From NCBI GenBank assembly GCA_951406725.2, contig OX597816.1, positions 28,210,001 to 28,274,000 of the forward strand: 64,000 bases of DNA. Direction: 5' to 3'. This stretch comes from Octopus vulgaris. Taxonomy: Eukaryota. Under the pieces are notes generated by a model, which saw only the letters and a list, made by a program, of their open reading frames with translations, made no database searches and was not told the DNA's origin. Shown one piece after another: positions 1 to 14,349 of this stretch; the first letter of the stretch is position 1, and each line of letters begins with the position of its first letter. Made by a program: the position numbers and the translations under genes.

Positions 1-630
1 ACAAACATAACATACATACATACAAACATAACATACATACATATCATACATACATACATACATACATTCATTCATACATACATACATACATACATACATA
101 CATACATACATTCATACATACATACATACATGCATGCATGCATACATACATACATACATACATTATGGCTGGCCCCTCGTTATCGTGTATGGCCATTGCA
201 CGAAGCTTAACTGTTACTGGTGCTGTGATCGAATGTGACTTTTTAGCCTAGCTAAAGATCTACAATGTCTTGTACATAATTGGCAACTAATATCTTCACC
301 GGTAATAGCCGGCTGTAGATGTAACTTGGCTTCATGTACCTTTGCATGTCGTTTAAGTCCTCCTGCCGAATTACACTCTCTTCCACACGCCCGACAGATA
401 TGATCAGTATGGTGTGTAACACGACCACCAGTGGCCAGGTTGTCACTCATCTGTCTCGTACATACATACTCATACATACATACATACATACATACATACA
501 TACATACATACATACATACATACATACATACATACATACATACATACATACATACATACATACATACATACATACATACATACATACATGCATACATACA
601 TATATATATGCATGCATTCATACATACACA
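1..630. repeat. (CATA)n microsatellite, interrupted by a LINE 3' fragment
   Basis: Direct CATA repeats at 1-162 and about 457-630. Confidence 0.95.
163..456 (-). mobile_element. RTE-like LINE 3' fragment (C2H2 zinc-finger C-terminus plus 3' tail)
   Basis: Minus-strand peptide HICRACGRECNSAGGLKRHAKVH...CQLCTRHCRSLARLKSHIRSQHQ* followed by a short tail (ACGAGGGGCCAGCCA). The same tail recurs at 38158-38215. Confidence 0.65.
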
Positions 631-1364
631 CACCTACGTATGTGATTGTGTTTGTGTATCTATACCACTCAGCAGTTCGGCTTAAGAAAAAATAATTTAA
701 ATATGGGGTTCGTTATGATTTCTAGAAGTTTTCAGGAGGGATAGTAATTAATTTCAAAGTAGTACGGATGTTTAATCTCCCCGACTTCCCTAAAACTGGA
801 TCTTCTGCGTCAATCAGCTTGTAGTATCCATCCACTTTGTGAAGGCCCCATGAAGCTCCTGCAAAGTGAATACATCGAGGAACACTGTCCCTTCCTCCAT
901 GTTCTCCTTCAACTTGGGGAACCAAATTCTGGACTGTAGCGAGTGTGTGAGGGACACTTTTGGTGCTATCTCTGTCATTGTCAAATACTTGCTTACCCGA
1001 AAGCTGCACAAAAACATTTTATCCATCGACTGGCTAGATGGAGTCAGGTGGTTGAAGATGATGCCCTTGCTATGGAAACGAGGTATCATCATGAGCTCCT
1101 AAGTGGGCTTGCTTTATCTGGCCTCTTTTAGCCCCGAAAGAAAGATGCTCAGCCGATGCAAGTTAATCCATATCGTGTCTAAAGAGTTTAATACGTTTCA
1201 GTGGCATTTCCCCCAGTTTAACACAAAAGTTATTGAATGGTAAGCTTTCAAATTGTTTTCACGTCGCGACTGCTTTCTACAACCTAGTCAGCCGTGACAA
1301 GCTGTGTTTTATTAGTGTGTACACAGGCGTCTCGTATAATCGGGATGGCAGGTCAGTTAGTAAA

Positions 1365-1507
1365 AACTGTCCAAAGAACAGCAACGTGAAACTCAGAGTA
1401 ACGGGTTTTGTAGAATTTTCTGCTGCTTTAAATAAAACGTATTACTATACCACTGGTATTTGAGTACTCTTTTTTTCCATCTTGTTTCACATTTATGCGT
1501 TTACTCC

Positions 1508-1510
<3 letters not shown>
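1365..1510 (+). mobile_element. PLE-type terminal repeat with degenerate hammerhead (same family as 37915-38125)
   Basis: GAAACTCAGAGTAACGG...TGCTGCTTTAAATAAA...TTTACTCCGG(TA)n matches 38023-38125. The ribozyme 5' core is mutated. Confidence 0.65.
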
Positions 1511-1570
<60 letters not shown>

Positions 1571-1579
<9 letters not shown>

Positions 1580-1973
1580 GTGAATGGAAGAAATGGAGCT
1601 GAACGAAGATTCTACAGAATTCCTTTTATTACATTCTACACATGTTTCAAAGGCCACAAATTTCCAAATTCTGATTTGTGGCCTTTGAAACATGTGTAGA
1701 ATGTAATAAAAGGAATTCTGTAGAATCTCCGTTCAACTCCATTTCTTCCATTCACTAATTATATTAAACTTCATTTATCCGCGCCAACGCACGGTTGCAA
1801 CACCCTATGGTCATAACTCCAACCGTGTTTTTTCTGGTGTGATTTTGCTGATTTTTTTGCTACCCCAGGTATCGGTTAAACTTTATTATAATATTTTATA
1901 ACATATTATAATATTTTTACAAAATAAATATAGAATAATCCGTAACGAGATAATTCATCTTTCCATTTCAACA

Positions 1974-1976
<3 letters not shown>
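1571..1976. mobile_element. Fold-back non-autonomous element in (TA)n with ~90-bp inverted arms
   Basis: Arms 1571-1661 and 1674-1764 are near-perfect reverse complements and contain GAAACATGTGTA...AATAAA. The distal part is shared with 9600-9770 and 37655-37858. Confidence 0.8.
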
Positions 1977-2017
<41 letters not shown>

Positions 2018-2037
2018 TTTTCCGTGGATACCCACAC

Positions 2038-2111
<74 letters not shown>

Positions 2112-2372
2112 TATATACATATATCTTATATACATATATCTCATATACACATATATATGCATATATATATATACATATACATAGATATATACATACATAC
2201 ACATATATTTGTACATATGTACATGCATATACATATATTTATATATAAACATATACATATGTACATACATATACATATAAAACGATGATTGATGAATTTA
2301 CATGTATAAATATATATGGATAGGAGCAACTTACAGACAGAACAAAGGACATACAAACAAACATATATTACC

Positions 2373-2443
<71 letters not shown>

Positions 2444-2806
2444 CATGAATACACATTTTTTAATACATTGATAGATGGATATATATTTAAAATTTTCAGT
2501 TCTTAATGCTCATAATTATAAGTGTAGCTATATATAAATTGTACGTACAATTTATTTCAGATACATTTAAGAAATATATAAATATACAAGACAAATACAA
2601 AATAAAGCAAGCCGTATTATGTTTGAGCAAATAACCATAATATATTCGCTTTCAATAAAATATGAAGCTTTTTCTTTAGAATGCCAAATTTGGGTTTGGG
2701 TTTTCTTGTCTGATAAAATCGATGTTGATATTTCACACACGCTGATGGCTTTTAAACCAACATAATGTTGATATTCAATGAGTATACATATGTATGTATA
2801 TATATA

Positions 2807-3197
2807 CTAGCAGCATAGCCCGGCGTTGCCCGGGTATGGAAGAGCCCCTAGTAGGCAACGACTAATCCCAATCTAGTTCTTTCCCTCTAGGGAACGAAGG
2901 CGCATGTGTAGGTTGCAACGTCTTCTCTTCACTCGAACACTTCTATGTATACGATGTTCCTAGCTGTCTCCCGACAGAAAATGTGTTGCATATAAAAAGC
3001 TTAGATTCTCGACCACATGTCGAATTAATCGATTTTTTTCAAAACTGGGGGAACTTTTCAAAATTTTCGCTGCGTTAGTTTTGAATTATGACATTGGGTT
3101 ATGTGTGTGTCAAGTTTCATCAGAATCGGTTGAAAGCCGTGGTCAGGGTGAGGGTACAATCTGACAGACACACAGACACACAGACAGACAAACTGCC

Positions 3198-3205
<8 letters not shown>
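2807..3205 (-). mobile_element. Non-autonomous Helitron
   Basis: Minus-strand 3' end CCCGGGCAACGCCGGG hairpin, then ~8 nt, then CTAG|T. The 5' part has (TGTC)n repeats and merges into (TA)n. Confidence 0.8.
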
Positions 3206-3279
<74 letters not shown>

Positions 3280-3506
3280 GTGTATGTATGCATATATATA
3301 AATGTACATATATATATTTATTAGTATTATATATATGGAAGAGGATGTGTGGCGTTCAATCATATAATATAAATAATATATGTATATGCATATATAACCC
3401 ATTACATACTTATATCTATACGTATATATCTACATACATATATGTATATATATATATATATATGTATATACATATATATTTATATATATACATATTCATA
3501 TATATA

Positions 3507-3554
<48 letters not shown>

Positions 3555-3565
3555 TATATATTCAT

Positions 3566-3991
3566 GCATATGTGGGCTCGGGATGTCATGAAACGTGTAC
3601 AATAAAAAATACGAAGTACAAGTAAATGGAAAACGAACTATTTATTCGAACAACGAAATTCACAAATAGAAAACAATACAAAGTGCATAAAGAACGACCC
3701 TTCATCAGTTCTTGACTCGTATTTTCAACATTTTCGACTCACCGTTAATTCCAGATTTCATTTAATTTGTTTTACGTAAGCAAGTATTTTATCGAAAGCG
3801 TAAATTGTTGTTAAATGCTCGAAATACGAGGGTAGAAAAACAGCCAACAATTTATTATTGGTCGTTTTTAATGTTGTTTGTCTTGTTTTCCGTTTGTGCA
3901 TTTCGTTGATCGAAAAAATAGTTCATATTCCATGTACTCGTACTTCGTATTTTTTGTTGTACATGTTTCATGACATCCTGTGCCCACATGT

Positions 3992-3995
<4 letters not shown>
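3566..3995. mobile_element. Fold-back/MITE-like element with ~130-bp imperfect inverted arms, in (TA)n
   Basis: ATGTGGGCTCGGGATGTCATGAAACGTGTACAA... versus ...TTGTACATGTTTCATGACATCCTGTGCCCACATG. A related one-armed copy lies at 23570-23800. Confidence 0.75.
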
Positions 3996-4062
<67 letters not shown>

Positions 4063-4207
4063 ACTTATGAATAAGGGCAAATGAAAAAAATTTTCTAATG
4101 CCTAATATGCCGAAATTAGACACATAGTCCATAATCATATAATTTATCACAATACGCACGCTACTCAAAAAAGGTCGACAGAAATTTCTAAAAAAATTCC
4201 ATTATTA

Positions 4208-4270
4208 CCACATCGGACCGATTTCAGGGTTAGTTCATAAGAACCCTCCCTTCGTCAGTGATAGATGTGG
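4208..4270 (-). ncRNA. Minimal type I hammerhead ribozyme motif
   Basis: Minus strand reads CCACATC-tatca-CTGACGA-AGGG...CCCT-GAAAT-CG-GTC-c-GATGTGG. The core is intact and stems I and II can pair. It sits in a ~330-bp segment bounded by (TA)n. Confidence 0.65.
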
Positions 4271-4414
4271 CAAAGAAATCAATGTAATACTTACTCATTC
4301 CCATGGAAGGAGCAAATACTAAGTACCCCAATTAAGTACCCCAAATGCATCCAAAATAGAAATTCTCCAGCCCATTCGAGACACGTACGAATGTAAATTA
4401 TATATATATATATA

Positions 4415-4770
4415 CATTTCTTTATTGCCCACAGAGGAATAAACAAAGAGGGGACATCAAGGACAGACAAAGGGAGTAAGTCGATTACATCGAACTCGGC
4501 GGAATGTGAACTCAGAACGTAACGGCATGTGAAATACCTATTTATTTATTACCCACAAGGGGCTAAACATAAAGGGGACAAACAAGGACAGAGATAGGTA
4601 TTAAGTCGATTACATCGACCCAAGTGCTAACTGGTAATTAATTTATCGACCCCGAAAGCATAAAAGGCAAAGTCGACCTCGGCGGAATTTGAACTCAAAA
4701 CGTAGCGACAGACGAAATACGGCTAAGCATTTTACACGCCGTGCTAACGATTCTGGCAGCTGCCGCCATA
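4415..4770 (-). mobile_element. tRNA-derived SINE family B (one full copy plus a partial tandem copy)
   Basis: Minus strand GGCGGCAGCTGCCAGAATCGTTAGCAC...GAGTTCAAATTCCGCCGAGGTCGACTTTGCC. Matches 21210, 28365 and 45876. Confidence 0.85.
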
Positions 4771-4776
4771 TATATG

Positions 4777-4811
<35 letters not shown>

Positions 4812-5480
4812 TTTGTGTATAGATGTAAGTATGTACATATACGTATGTATATATGCACATATATATTATTTATATTACATATATGCATATATATATATGG
4901 AGAGAGAGAGAGAGACACACACACACACACATATGTATGTACATATATATATATATATATATATGATTGCCTTCGAGAATGTGTGTGTGTGTGTGCGAGT
5001 ATGTCTTGTGTGTATTGTGTGTACATATACATATATCGATGTTATTGACATATTTATTGTTTGTTTATATAGTTTATTCGTTGTTACTTGTTTGCTGGAA
5101 AATACCATATGAAATACCAATTTCACACTACACTAAACCCTTTCACAACTTCGAACAACGTTTATGAATTAAAACCATTAAATGCCTGAGACATGTTTGG
5201 TAAAAAATAACAGTGGGGTGATTAGTGATATTTGAAATATTCTGTTAAATGCCAGCGATAATGATTTACTTCGAATCTTATAAGAAGTGATGGAGTCTCT
5301 GCCTCACATTTTCATTTTCTGTTTGAAAGTAATGTTAATGTTCGACTTTTTCGTTGACCGCGTTCACATTTTGAATAAAAGGATGCGTTTGATTTATTGT
5401 TTAGAGATAAAGTCAGCATATATATCAGTGAGGACCACGACTACTGAATTTCTCAAGGGCATTATTAGTTTACGGTAAAA

Positions 5481-5816
5481 GAGACCCCCTTCGGTCACGA
5501 CACTGACCATGGGATTGCTCCTAGAAAGTTACCCTCCCAGTCACAAGTCCGGGCAAGATTGTTTATGGAAGACCAGCAGTCGCCCATGCATACCGGCCTA
5601 CCCTCTCCACGCCACCAGTGTCATCCAAGGGAAAGGCAAGGGCCGATACAGCTTGGCACCAGTGACGTCGCAACTCATCTCTACAGCTCAGTGACCTGGA
5701 GCAACGTGAAATAAAGTGTCTTGCTCAAGAACACAACACGCAGCCCGGTCTGGTATTCGAGCACACAACCTCACGATGATAAGCTCGACGCTCTAACCAC
5801 TGAGCCATGCGCCTTC
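5481..5816 (-). mobile_element. tRNA-derived SINE family C, full length with TSD
   Basis: Head GCGCATGGCTCAGTGGTTAGAGCG (A box) and CTCGAATACC (B-box-like). Flanking direct repeat ACGGTAAAA at 5472-5480 and 5817-5825. Confidence 0.85.
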
Positions 5817-6217
5817 ACGGTAAAATACATGCTTTGTATTAAATAGAGGAAACTCACAGAAAATTCCCCATGCAATGCTATAACGACTTAGAAGATATAA
5901 TGCTATACTACTGGAGCAGTGCATAGGCGTCAGAAGGAGTCATATGCAAAGGAACATCGTAGTCATTCTTTTCTGTATACGTTTTAGAAGAGATGAATTT
6001 TGTTTGTATAAGGTTCACATATTGTTGAAGTATTTATGTTTCTAGGACTTCATAGCCAGTTATTAGTCAAGCATTTACAGGAATATACTAAGATTCATGA
6101 AATTTTGTGTTGTGTATTCGTTCAACATTAAGAAATTCATTAAAATAAGATAGATATTATTGCCTCCATAGAAGCATGTGTAGTGATATTGAATCATGCA
6201 TGGCATTCAATCCTTTT

Positions 6218-6445
6218 TCTACCTACCTACCTACCTACCTACCTACCTACCTACCTACCTACCTACCTACCTACCTACCTACCTACCTACCTACCTACCT
6301 ACCTACATACCTACCTACCTACCTACCTACCTACCTACCTACATACCTACCTACCTACCTACCTACCTACCTCCATCCCTACCTACCTACCTACCTACCA
6401 ACTTACCTACCTACCTACCTACCTACCTACCTAACTACCTACCTA
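6218..6445. repeat. (CCTA)n microsatellite
   Basis: Direct repeats. Confidence 0.95.
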
Positions 6446-6477
6446 TCGATCTATATATCTAGCCACCCATAGTTTAT

Positions 6478-6785
6478 CTGTTACTTGCGTCAATCATTAG
6501 ACTGCGGCTATACTGGGGCACCACCTTGAAGAATTGTAGTAGAACACATCCGGTAATCATTTTATCGGTTAAATTTACCGGTGCTGAATTACGGCAACAT
6601 AAATACACCAACAGGATTGTCAAGCTGTGGTGGCAGATAAGTACACACACAAAGTCACATACACACTTGTAACACATATATAGAGGACGGGCTACTTTCA
6701 GTTTCCGTCAATGGAATCTACTAGAAGGATTTAGTCGGTCCGCAACTATAGTAAGAGAGACTTACCCAAGGTGCCATGCATTGTC
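6478..6785 (-). mobile_element. Degenerate SINE family A
   Basis: Diverged match to 42025-42427 (GACTGCGGC.ATACTGG, TTTCAGTTTCCGTC, CCCAAGGTGCCA). Confidence 0.7.
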
Positions 6786-6799
6786 ATTGTTGCATTGGG

Positions 6800-7586
6800 T
6801 AGTAGCAATTCAAAGTGAATTACTCATTTGCAATCCCACCAGACAGAGAGAAGAACATATTTCCCATGACGTTCCCTTCTCGGAGCTTTTTCCCTTTTAC
6901 CAAGCCACTGTTTACGACGTTTAACATTTCGATAGAAGATCCATATTTCGTTACCAGTAACAAGTCTATCCAAACAGGGTGAAATGAGTCCGCGAGAATG
7001 GAAAGAAAAGCAGACATCAATTCGGGATTTGCGGTTGCTTTAGGAAAATTCATGAGGTACCCATTTTCCAAGCTTAGAAACCTTTCCAAGTTGTTGAAGA
7101 TGACGATGAACTGTTGTATGGTTTGAACTAAGCTTCATTGACAACTATTCAACTGATAATGCAGGATTTCCTTTAAGTAATGCTCCAAGGAGCTTATCAT
7201 CAAACACAACTGGACGTCCGGTTCGATCATCATCTTCAAGGCTCAAATCTTCACTTCTGAATTTTGCAAGCCATCCTCTGCAAGTTCTTTCATTCAAGCA
7301 TTATTTCCTATAAACTGATTGTATGTTTCGAGAAGCTTCGGGTGCGGAGTTTCCTTTTTTGTTCTCATAAAGCATTATGTGCGTCAAATGATTTTTGGAT
7401 ACTTCCATATTAGAAAGGATTAAAATCAAAAGAAATTTTAATTGTATTATTCTGTAAAATAATATTTAATTAGTTTAAATATACACAAATGTATAAAAAT
7501 ATTTAAGTCCATTAGACATTCTAAAATACTATTAAATTTCATTCAGTTTAAAAATACTAAAATCGGACTGAACTTATGGGATGACC

Positions 7587-7590
<4 letters not shown>
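6800..7590 (-). mobile_element. mariner transposon, 5' half with TIR, defective transposase
   Basis: ATG at 7408 (MEVSKNHLTHIMLYE), then GKVSKLGKWVPHEF...DRLVTGNEIWIFYRNVKRRKQW...LLSVWWDCK with stops. TIR-like CTGGTCATCCCATAAGTTC abuts (TA)n. Confidence 0.85.
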
Positions 7591-7659
<69 letters not shown>

Positions 7660-7864
7660 AAGTCTTTAACTATGTTGTAAAGTCTATGATGTAAAGTCTT
7701 TAACTATTGTCCTCATCTAAGCATCCATAAAATAAGATAACACTGCTCTTTTTCAGTATAATTGTCCATGAATTGTCACAGTCGTCTGGATGCAGTATCT
7801 TTTCGACTGTCTGTTCTTTGAATTCAAATTCAACCTTGATTGAATTTCCGTTCTATATCTAAGA

Positions 7865-8590
<726 letters not shown>

Positions 8591-8939
8591 TTTGTCTTTC
8601 AACCTTTTTGCAATCAAACCCTGGAGTCAGCGTTTCTTTCGTCTGTCTTCTCGCCCTTTCGCTCCCACCTCTCTCTCTCTCTCTCTCTTTCTTTCTTAGG
8701 AAAACTATTTCTATAATACGTATAAATAATATTTTGGAATCAAATATGTAATGGCAAACATGGGATGTCTACGGATAAAAGCACGTTTGTATTCTTCGGG
8801 GAAAACTCCATGCTGTCAAGCACAAGATATTGATTTCAAGGATTTCACCATTATTTTGTGATCGATCTGATGGAGCAAGCTGCGAAATTCAATGTTTCCC
8901 TGCAAAAACATTTCAAACATTAACAAGCTATTCCTCGTC

Positions 8940-8985
<46 letters not shown>

Positions 8986-9519
8986 AAGAGAGAGAAAGGA
9001 GAGATGGAGGAAAGAGAATTGAGATGGATTGCTAGCATTTGAGAGACAAAATGAAAGAAAGGAGAAAAATATATCAGTGAGAAAATATATTCGTTCTATT
9101 ATTTTATCCTATATCTGTCTATTTAAATCAATTGCTATAGTTTATCTTATTATAAGGAGCTCTTAATTTATTCTATTATTAAAATGAGGATTCACCCCCT
9201 ATTGCTATCTGTATGTGTCAAATTTCCCTATTACTAAAAGGACCTCTAATTCATATGCTATTAGGATGTCAGAAAATATCTATATTATTATTATAGGAAC
9301 TTTTATGCTGGTATAATTATAGGAAGCTATTCCATACTGCCATAGGAAGTTCTCTGATTAACATATAGTTACAGCGGACACTCATTGTTTCAGAGACTCC
9401 TCGGATTCTCCTATTTTTGGTCATTTAGCCAAATAGGGTACATTTAGACTGTAAATTTACCAATACTCATTTTATGCGAGCAGAATATACTCGCTTATGA
9501 AATGTTAGATATATATATG

Positions 9520-9581
<62 letters not shown>

Positions 9582-9599
9582 TATAATATATATATATAT

Positions 9600-9767
9600 A
9601 TAAGTATATGAAAGAATGGAGTTGAACGACTAGTTAACAAATATCCTTTATTCTCGACATATGTTTCGAAGGCTGCATATCCCTAATTCCTAATTCTGAT
9701 GTGAATTTGCTACCCAGGTATCGGTTATCTTTCGAATTATCCTTAATAAGATAATTATTCAATTACT

Positions 9768-9770
<3 letters not shown>
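9600..9770. mobile_element. Short (TA)n-embedded repeat of the 1571-1976 family
   Basis: AATGGAGTTGAACGA...TGTTTCGAAGGC...TTTGCTACCCAGGTATCGGTTA...GATAATT is shared with 1571-1976. Confidence 0.65.
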
Positions 9771-9859
<89 letters not shown>

Positions 9860-9874
9860 GTATATATATATCCA

Positions 9875-9909
<35 letters not shown>

Positions 9910-10029
9910 ATATTTCATAAGGGAGTATATTTTTCTTACGTGTTGTATTACGTCGTTGCGAGTAGAGAGGCAACATTACATTGATTTCAAGGATTTCCCC
10001 ATATTAAAAACGATAAATACTCACGCAGG

Positions 10030-10945
10030 GATAAATCAAAATGTCCTTTGATGAATCTCCGTATGATTACAAATCTTGTATATAAATGTACCGTGCACAC
10101 AAGGTGAAGGCTCAATTGGGCAGACGGCTGATTCATTTAAGAATCGTTATCGTAATCATGTTTCCAGCTTTATGTCAATCAATAAGAGACATTCGACATC
10201 TTTGGCAGATTTTATATGGCGACTGATTGAGGCTAATACGAAATACTACATTACTTGGTCTATAGTTAGACATGCAAAACCATACAGTACCATTTCCAGG
10301 AGATGCCGTCTCTGCTCCGAGGAATCCCTGTTTATTCCGTGGACTAACGAAAAGATACTTAATAGAATTTCTGAAAGACTATCGAGATGCCTACACGCAT
10401 ATAAATGTACTTTCGCACAATGCAGTGAGAATGAATTTTAAGTAACCGTAAACTGAGTTTAATTGTATTTTATTTTACATTAAGGTATGGATGACTTAAA
10501 TTTACTTTAAACTTCCCGTTCTTCTTAATACCAACTAAATAACTAACTCGCTTTGTAATCATGAGTGCGTATGCTCACATTTTTGATAATGCTTGTATGA
10601 TCGTGTGTACTCGTGCCATGCAGCTTGCCCCAGTGTGTTTATACATCCATATCTGTTAACGGTTATTTTCAATACTTTTCTCACTGGATTAAGTGTTCGT
10701 CTCTCTTTTTGTCTTCTGCAATTTTATTTTTGGATCTTCTATATATATGAAGAATTTACCTCTGTCTGACTGTTTTTCTCTCTGCAAAACGGAAAGTTGC
10801 ATTATTGAACAGGCATTTTAACGATTTTTTTTTATCACTCGACGAGATACGTCTGCACCACCGCATACTCATGAACCAGATTTTGTGTGTCCCACAAGAG
10901 GAGTCGATGCTAGATGTGTCGAAACAATTGTTGCGATTAATAATA
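10030..10945 (+). mobile_element. PLE (Naiad-like) GIY-YIG endonuclease fragment plus 3' region
   Basis: CPL...LVYKC (frameshift) IGQTADSFKNRYRNHVSSF...TSLADFIWRL...ITWSIV...CRLCSEE...LNRISERLSRCLH. A degenerate HHR (GAAACAATTGTT) lies at 10921. Confidence 0.8.
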
Positions 10946-10989
10946 TATTCTCGTATATTCCATCTTCTGTTTTTTATTTGTTATACATA

Positions 10990-11635
10990 TAGCGTTAGGA
11001 ATAGTTCCATATGCTGAGAGAACACAAATGTATTCTTCAGGGACAAACCACATACTATAACGAACTAGAGAAATTGAATAATGGAAGAAGCGCAAAATAA
11101 ACTGAGAAGACAGCATATAGAAAACGTAGACAGTAAACAACGGAAAACGAAAACCAGGAACTATAATGTCAAAAATTAAAAGTAAAAGATAGCAAGGTAA
11201 AAGAGCTATCCTCCGTAGACCTTAAATGATATGGCTGGAAAGATATTAAGTGAGTCAGGAATAGGCGGAATTTTCCAATTCTTCAGAATATATTTGTACA
11301 TATGCATGCACCCACTGAAAATTTCTGACCTGGAGTTCAATAGAGTTAGAGATCTAAGATTTGAACGGGATCTGCGCTCTTTCAGCCAAGGTCTACATTT
11401 ATTCTGTCCAATCACACAAGGTATGAATTTCTCAATTACTTTCCATGCGCTGTTTCGTTATCTTTCAACGTCCATACGTACCTAGCCAACTTAGCTTTAC
11501 TTTTGTCTCTATGGCGGAAGGAGGCTATGTGATTCGCACAGCGATTTTTAAGTTTCCTTTCACATAATCCAATATAGGTCTTCATATCAGTTGTATTATT
11601 ATTTAAGGTTGCAGTAACTTATGCGTCATATATAT
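10990..11635 (-). mobile_element. Second PLE (Naiad-like) GIY-YIG fragment, convergent with the previous one
   Basis: Minus strand IYDA*VT...KTYIGLCERKLKNRCANHIASFRHRDK...LARYVWTLKD...WKVI...LLNSRSEIFSGCMH. Confidence 0.8.
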
Positions 11636-13859
11636 ATATGATAGTTTTATGCGTCCATCTTTGGTCAAGTGGACAGGATATATATATATAAAATATACAT
11701 ACATGCATACATACACACATACATTCGTTCATATATACATACATGCACGCTCACACATGTCGCTCACACATGTATGTGTATGCGTGCGCATGTGAATATA
11801 TTCAGTACAGTTATAAAGAGAATATATGCAAATAAAGAAATGCAGTTTGTCGTCACATTGTTTAAACTACTTCATATTGCTTGTACTGACAAAATACAAT
11901 CAACCTTGTAAATCTAATACATTGTAGACTAAGATGAATGAAAATTGTGATAATGTACATACACTGTTGCAAGGAAAAACGTATAGTGCACTTTGCTCTA
12001 GTGAATAATTAACCACAAAGTAACATTAAAATAAAAGAAACTAAAGACAGAAATATTCAGTTTAACTGTAAATCATAATCGGGGACCTTTATATAACAGA
12101 AAAAACACAACTTATTTAAAACGTGCCTTTCTATATAACCAAGACTTTTCAATCTGTCACAGTCTCATAGCAAATAGTTAGAATTAACAGTGTTACGAAC
12201 ATTATTACAGGAATATTGAAATACTGCTCGAACGTCATTTCAATAGTCCAAATTCTTTTTTCCAAAATGTTATAAATATACTGTTATAATTTAGATAATG
12301 TTACCAGAGTATTTCTGTCTATTAATTACTCTATTTCTCATACTCCGGTAGATTTTACTTAGGTAGATTTTTCTTATACTCTGGTAGATCTTATTTACCC
12401 CGTGGATTCTAATAGAACACTCAAACTCTCATTTCAATTGTACAGAAACATATCAGAGTGAACAATTTATGTTAGTCCATATCATACTTACTTATTTCAT
12501 TATCTGTTAAATTTAAATCGTTTTCACAGCAATGCAAATTCTCAACGTGTTCTCTCAACTAGCTTGAAAAATGAGAGAAACCAAGTTATTTCCTTGTCAT
12601 TTAAAGACGGTTCTCATTAGACAAGGTTGCCTCTAAAACGAACATGATGGTCACGATTGGAATATGTTGATTATATGTCTTCTCGACGGCCAGAGCTGAC
12701 CTCTAGCTAAGCATAATATCTGAAGGTCTATTTCATCAAGGATTCTTTAGCACAGAGCATCATACTTCTGAATATTTTCAGGACAATGGGTCTCCGTAGG
12801 GGAATGAATATACGCAATTAGCACTTCAGAGGCATCTTACAATACTTTAATAATTATATAGTTATATTTCAGAATGCAATTTAGGTGAACGTGTCTATCA
12901 ATGAATTAATTGACAATAAATGAAGGCTATACACAAATTAGGAGACACTATTCGGTTCTAAGTGAGGTTTGTATAAACTAGTAAATATCTAGTTGCATCA
13001 AATAATAAAAAACAATGAAAATAAGAAAAAAAAGAATATAAACACTGGAGTGTGCAGAGCGGAGATAAAATAATAAGAGTGGTCAACACAGAAACAAATA
13101 TTGCAATTGACTTGTTGAAAGGAACATATTAGAAAGCCAATAGATATAATGGACAGGTAACAGAATAAATAGCAACGTTAAAATAATTGCACCCAATGAC
13201 TTAACAATCAATAATGTCTGATTGATCAATCAATTTGATTGTGGTCTCACCACTTAATAAATGACCAGTGCGTTTCGCTTTTTGTAAACAACATAAACAA
13301 TTATAAAACACGGGATAAAAATCTATATTCTGTCTGGTTTACACACCTGAAACTGCTAGCATGCATTATATGTATAACCTGACTGTGGGAATTTCTGAAT
13401 GTTTAAATAAGTATTCGAGTTTGTGTGAAGTGCACACAATAGTTAATGCTAGTGGTAGATGTTAGCACTTGCTCTCTAGTTTATATGATACGCAATTTAA
13501 GGCAACTACATAGTCACGAGGTGTTCTGCGTTTAATAAATTATAGAAAATTAGTCGAATAACAACTTCTGTATGGACGGAATATTTTTGATGAGCTGGAA
13601 CCTTTATGCTGAGAAAATTGGTAGGCATGGAGACACACTAAATATTCTGTGAAAGAAACAAGAAATGCCTCTGAATAATAAACAGCATTTCAATAAACAT
13701 GGCCTGAGAAGCAGGTAATATAGGAAAAGTTCTACACGACTTTCTCTTTCTCTTGTATCTATTTTAACACCCCAGCACCACCCTATAGTTATCTACATTG
13801 CATTCAACCTCTCTATAACATATCCCCAGATGCCAATTTTTCCGGAATTTTGCAGCATT

Positions 13860-14340
13860 ATGTTATTCCCTTAGTTTTACATGTTTATACTTTTTATCGC
13901 CTTAAAAGTACTCTCCATTCGAAGCGATGCATCGGCCCAGACGCGATTTCCACTGTTCGAGTTCGTGCTGGAACTCTTACAAAGTGATGCCTCATAAGAC
14001 CTTCACCGATTTTTTTTTCACCTCTTCCACATCGGCAAATTTCGCAACACCAACTTTGTCATCAGTGATGACATTCGAAATAAAAGCTGGATCATTTACC
14101 AACTGTTTTTACAGGTAACGAAATGCATTCCATCGTGACCGCTTTTGATCTTTTGTGATCAAATGAAACGCAAATTTTGCTGCAACTCTTTTAATTCGCA
14201 AATCCTCGCTCAAAATTCGTTGGTAGGAGCTCCTGGACATACCATTCACACTAAATGATGAACTATTCGTCAATTGTTCGGTACGGTCCGCCAAGATTAG
14301 TTCGTGAATTTTCGTGATGTTTTCATTTGTTCTAGAGGTC
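13860..14340 (-). mobile_element. mariner-family transposase relic
   Basis: SYQRILSEDLRIKRVAAKFAFHLITKDQKRSR resembles the AAKFVPxLLT linker and is followed by an ITDDK-like motif. Confidence 0.7.
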
Positions 14341-14349
14341 TACCGTCGA

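Noticed and set aside
720-1360. Coding-like segment with overlapping 60-95 aa ORFs
   Set aside because: No motif I can assign with confidence. Probably a decayed TE fragment and needs BLASTx.
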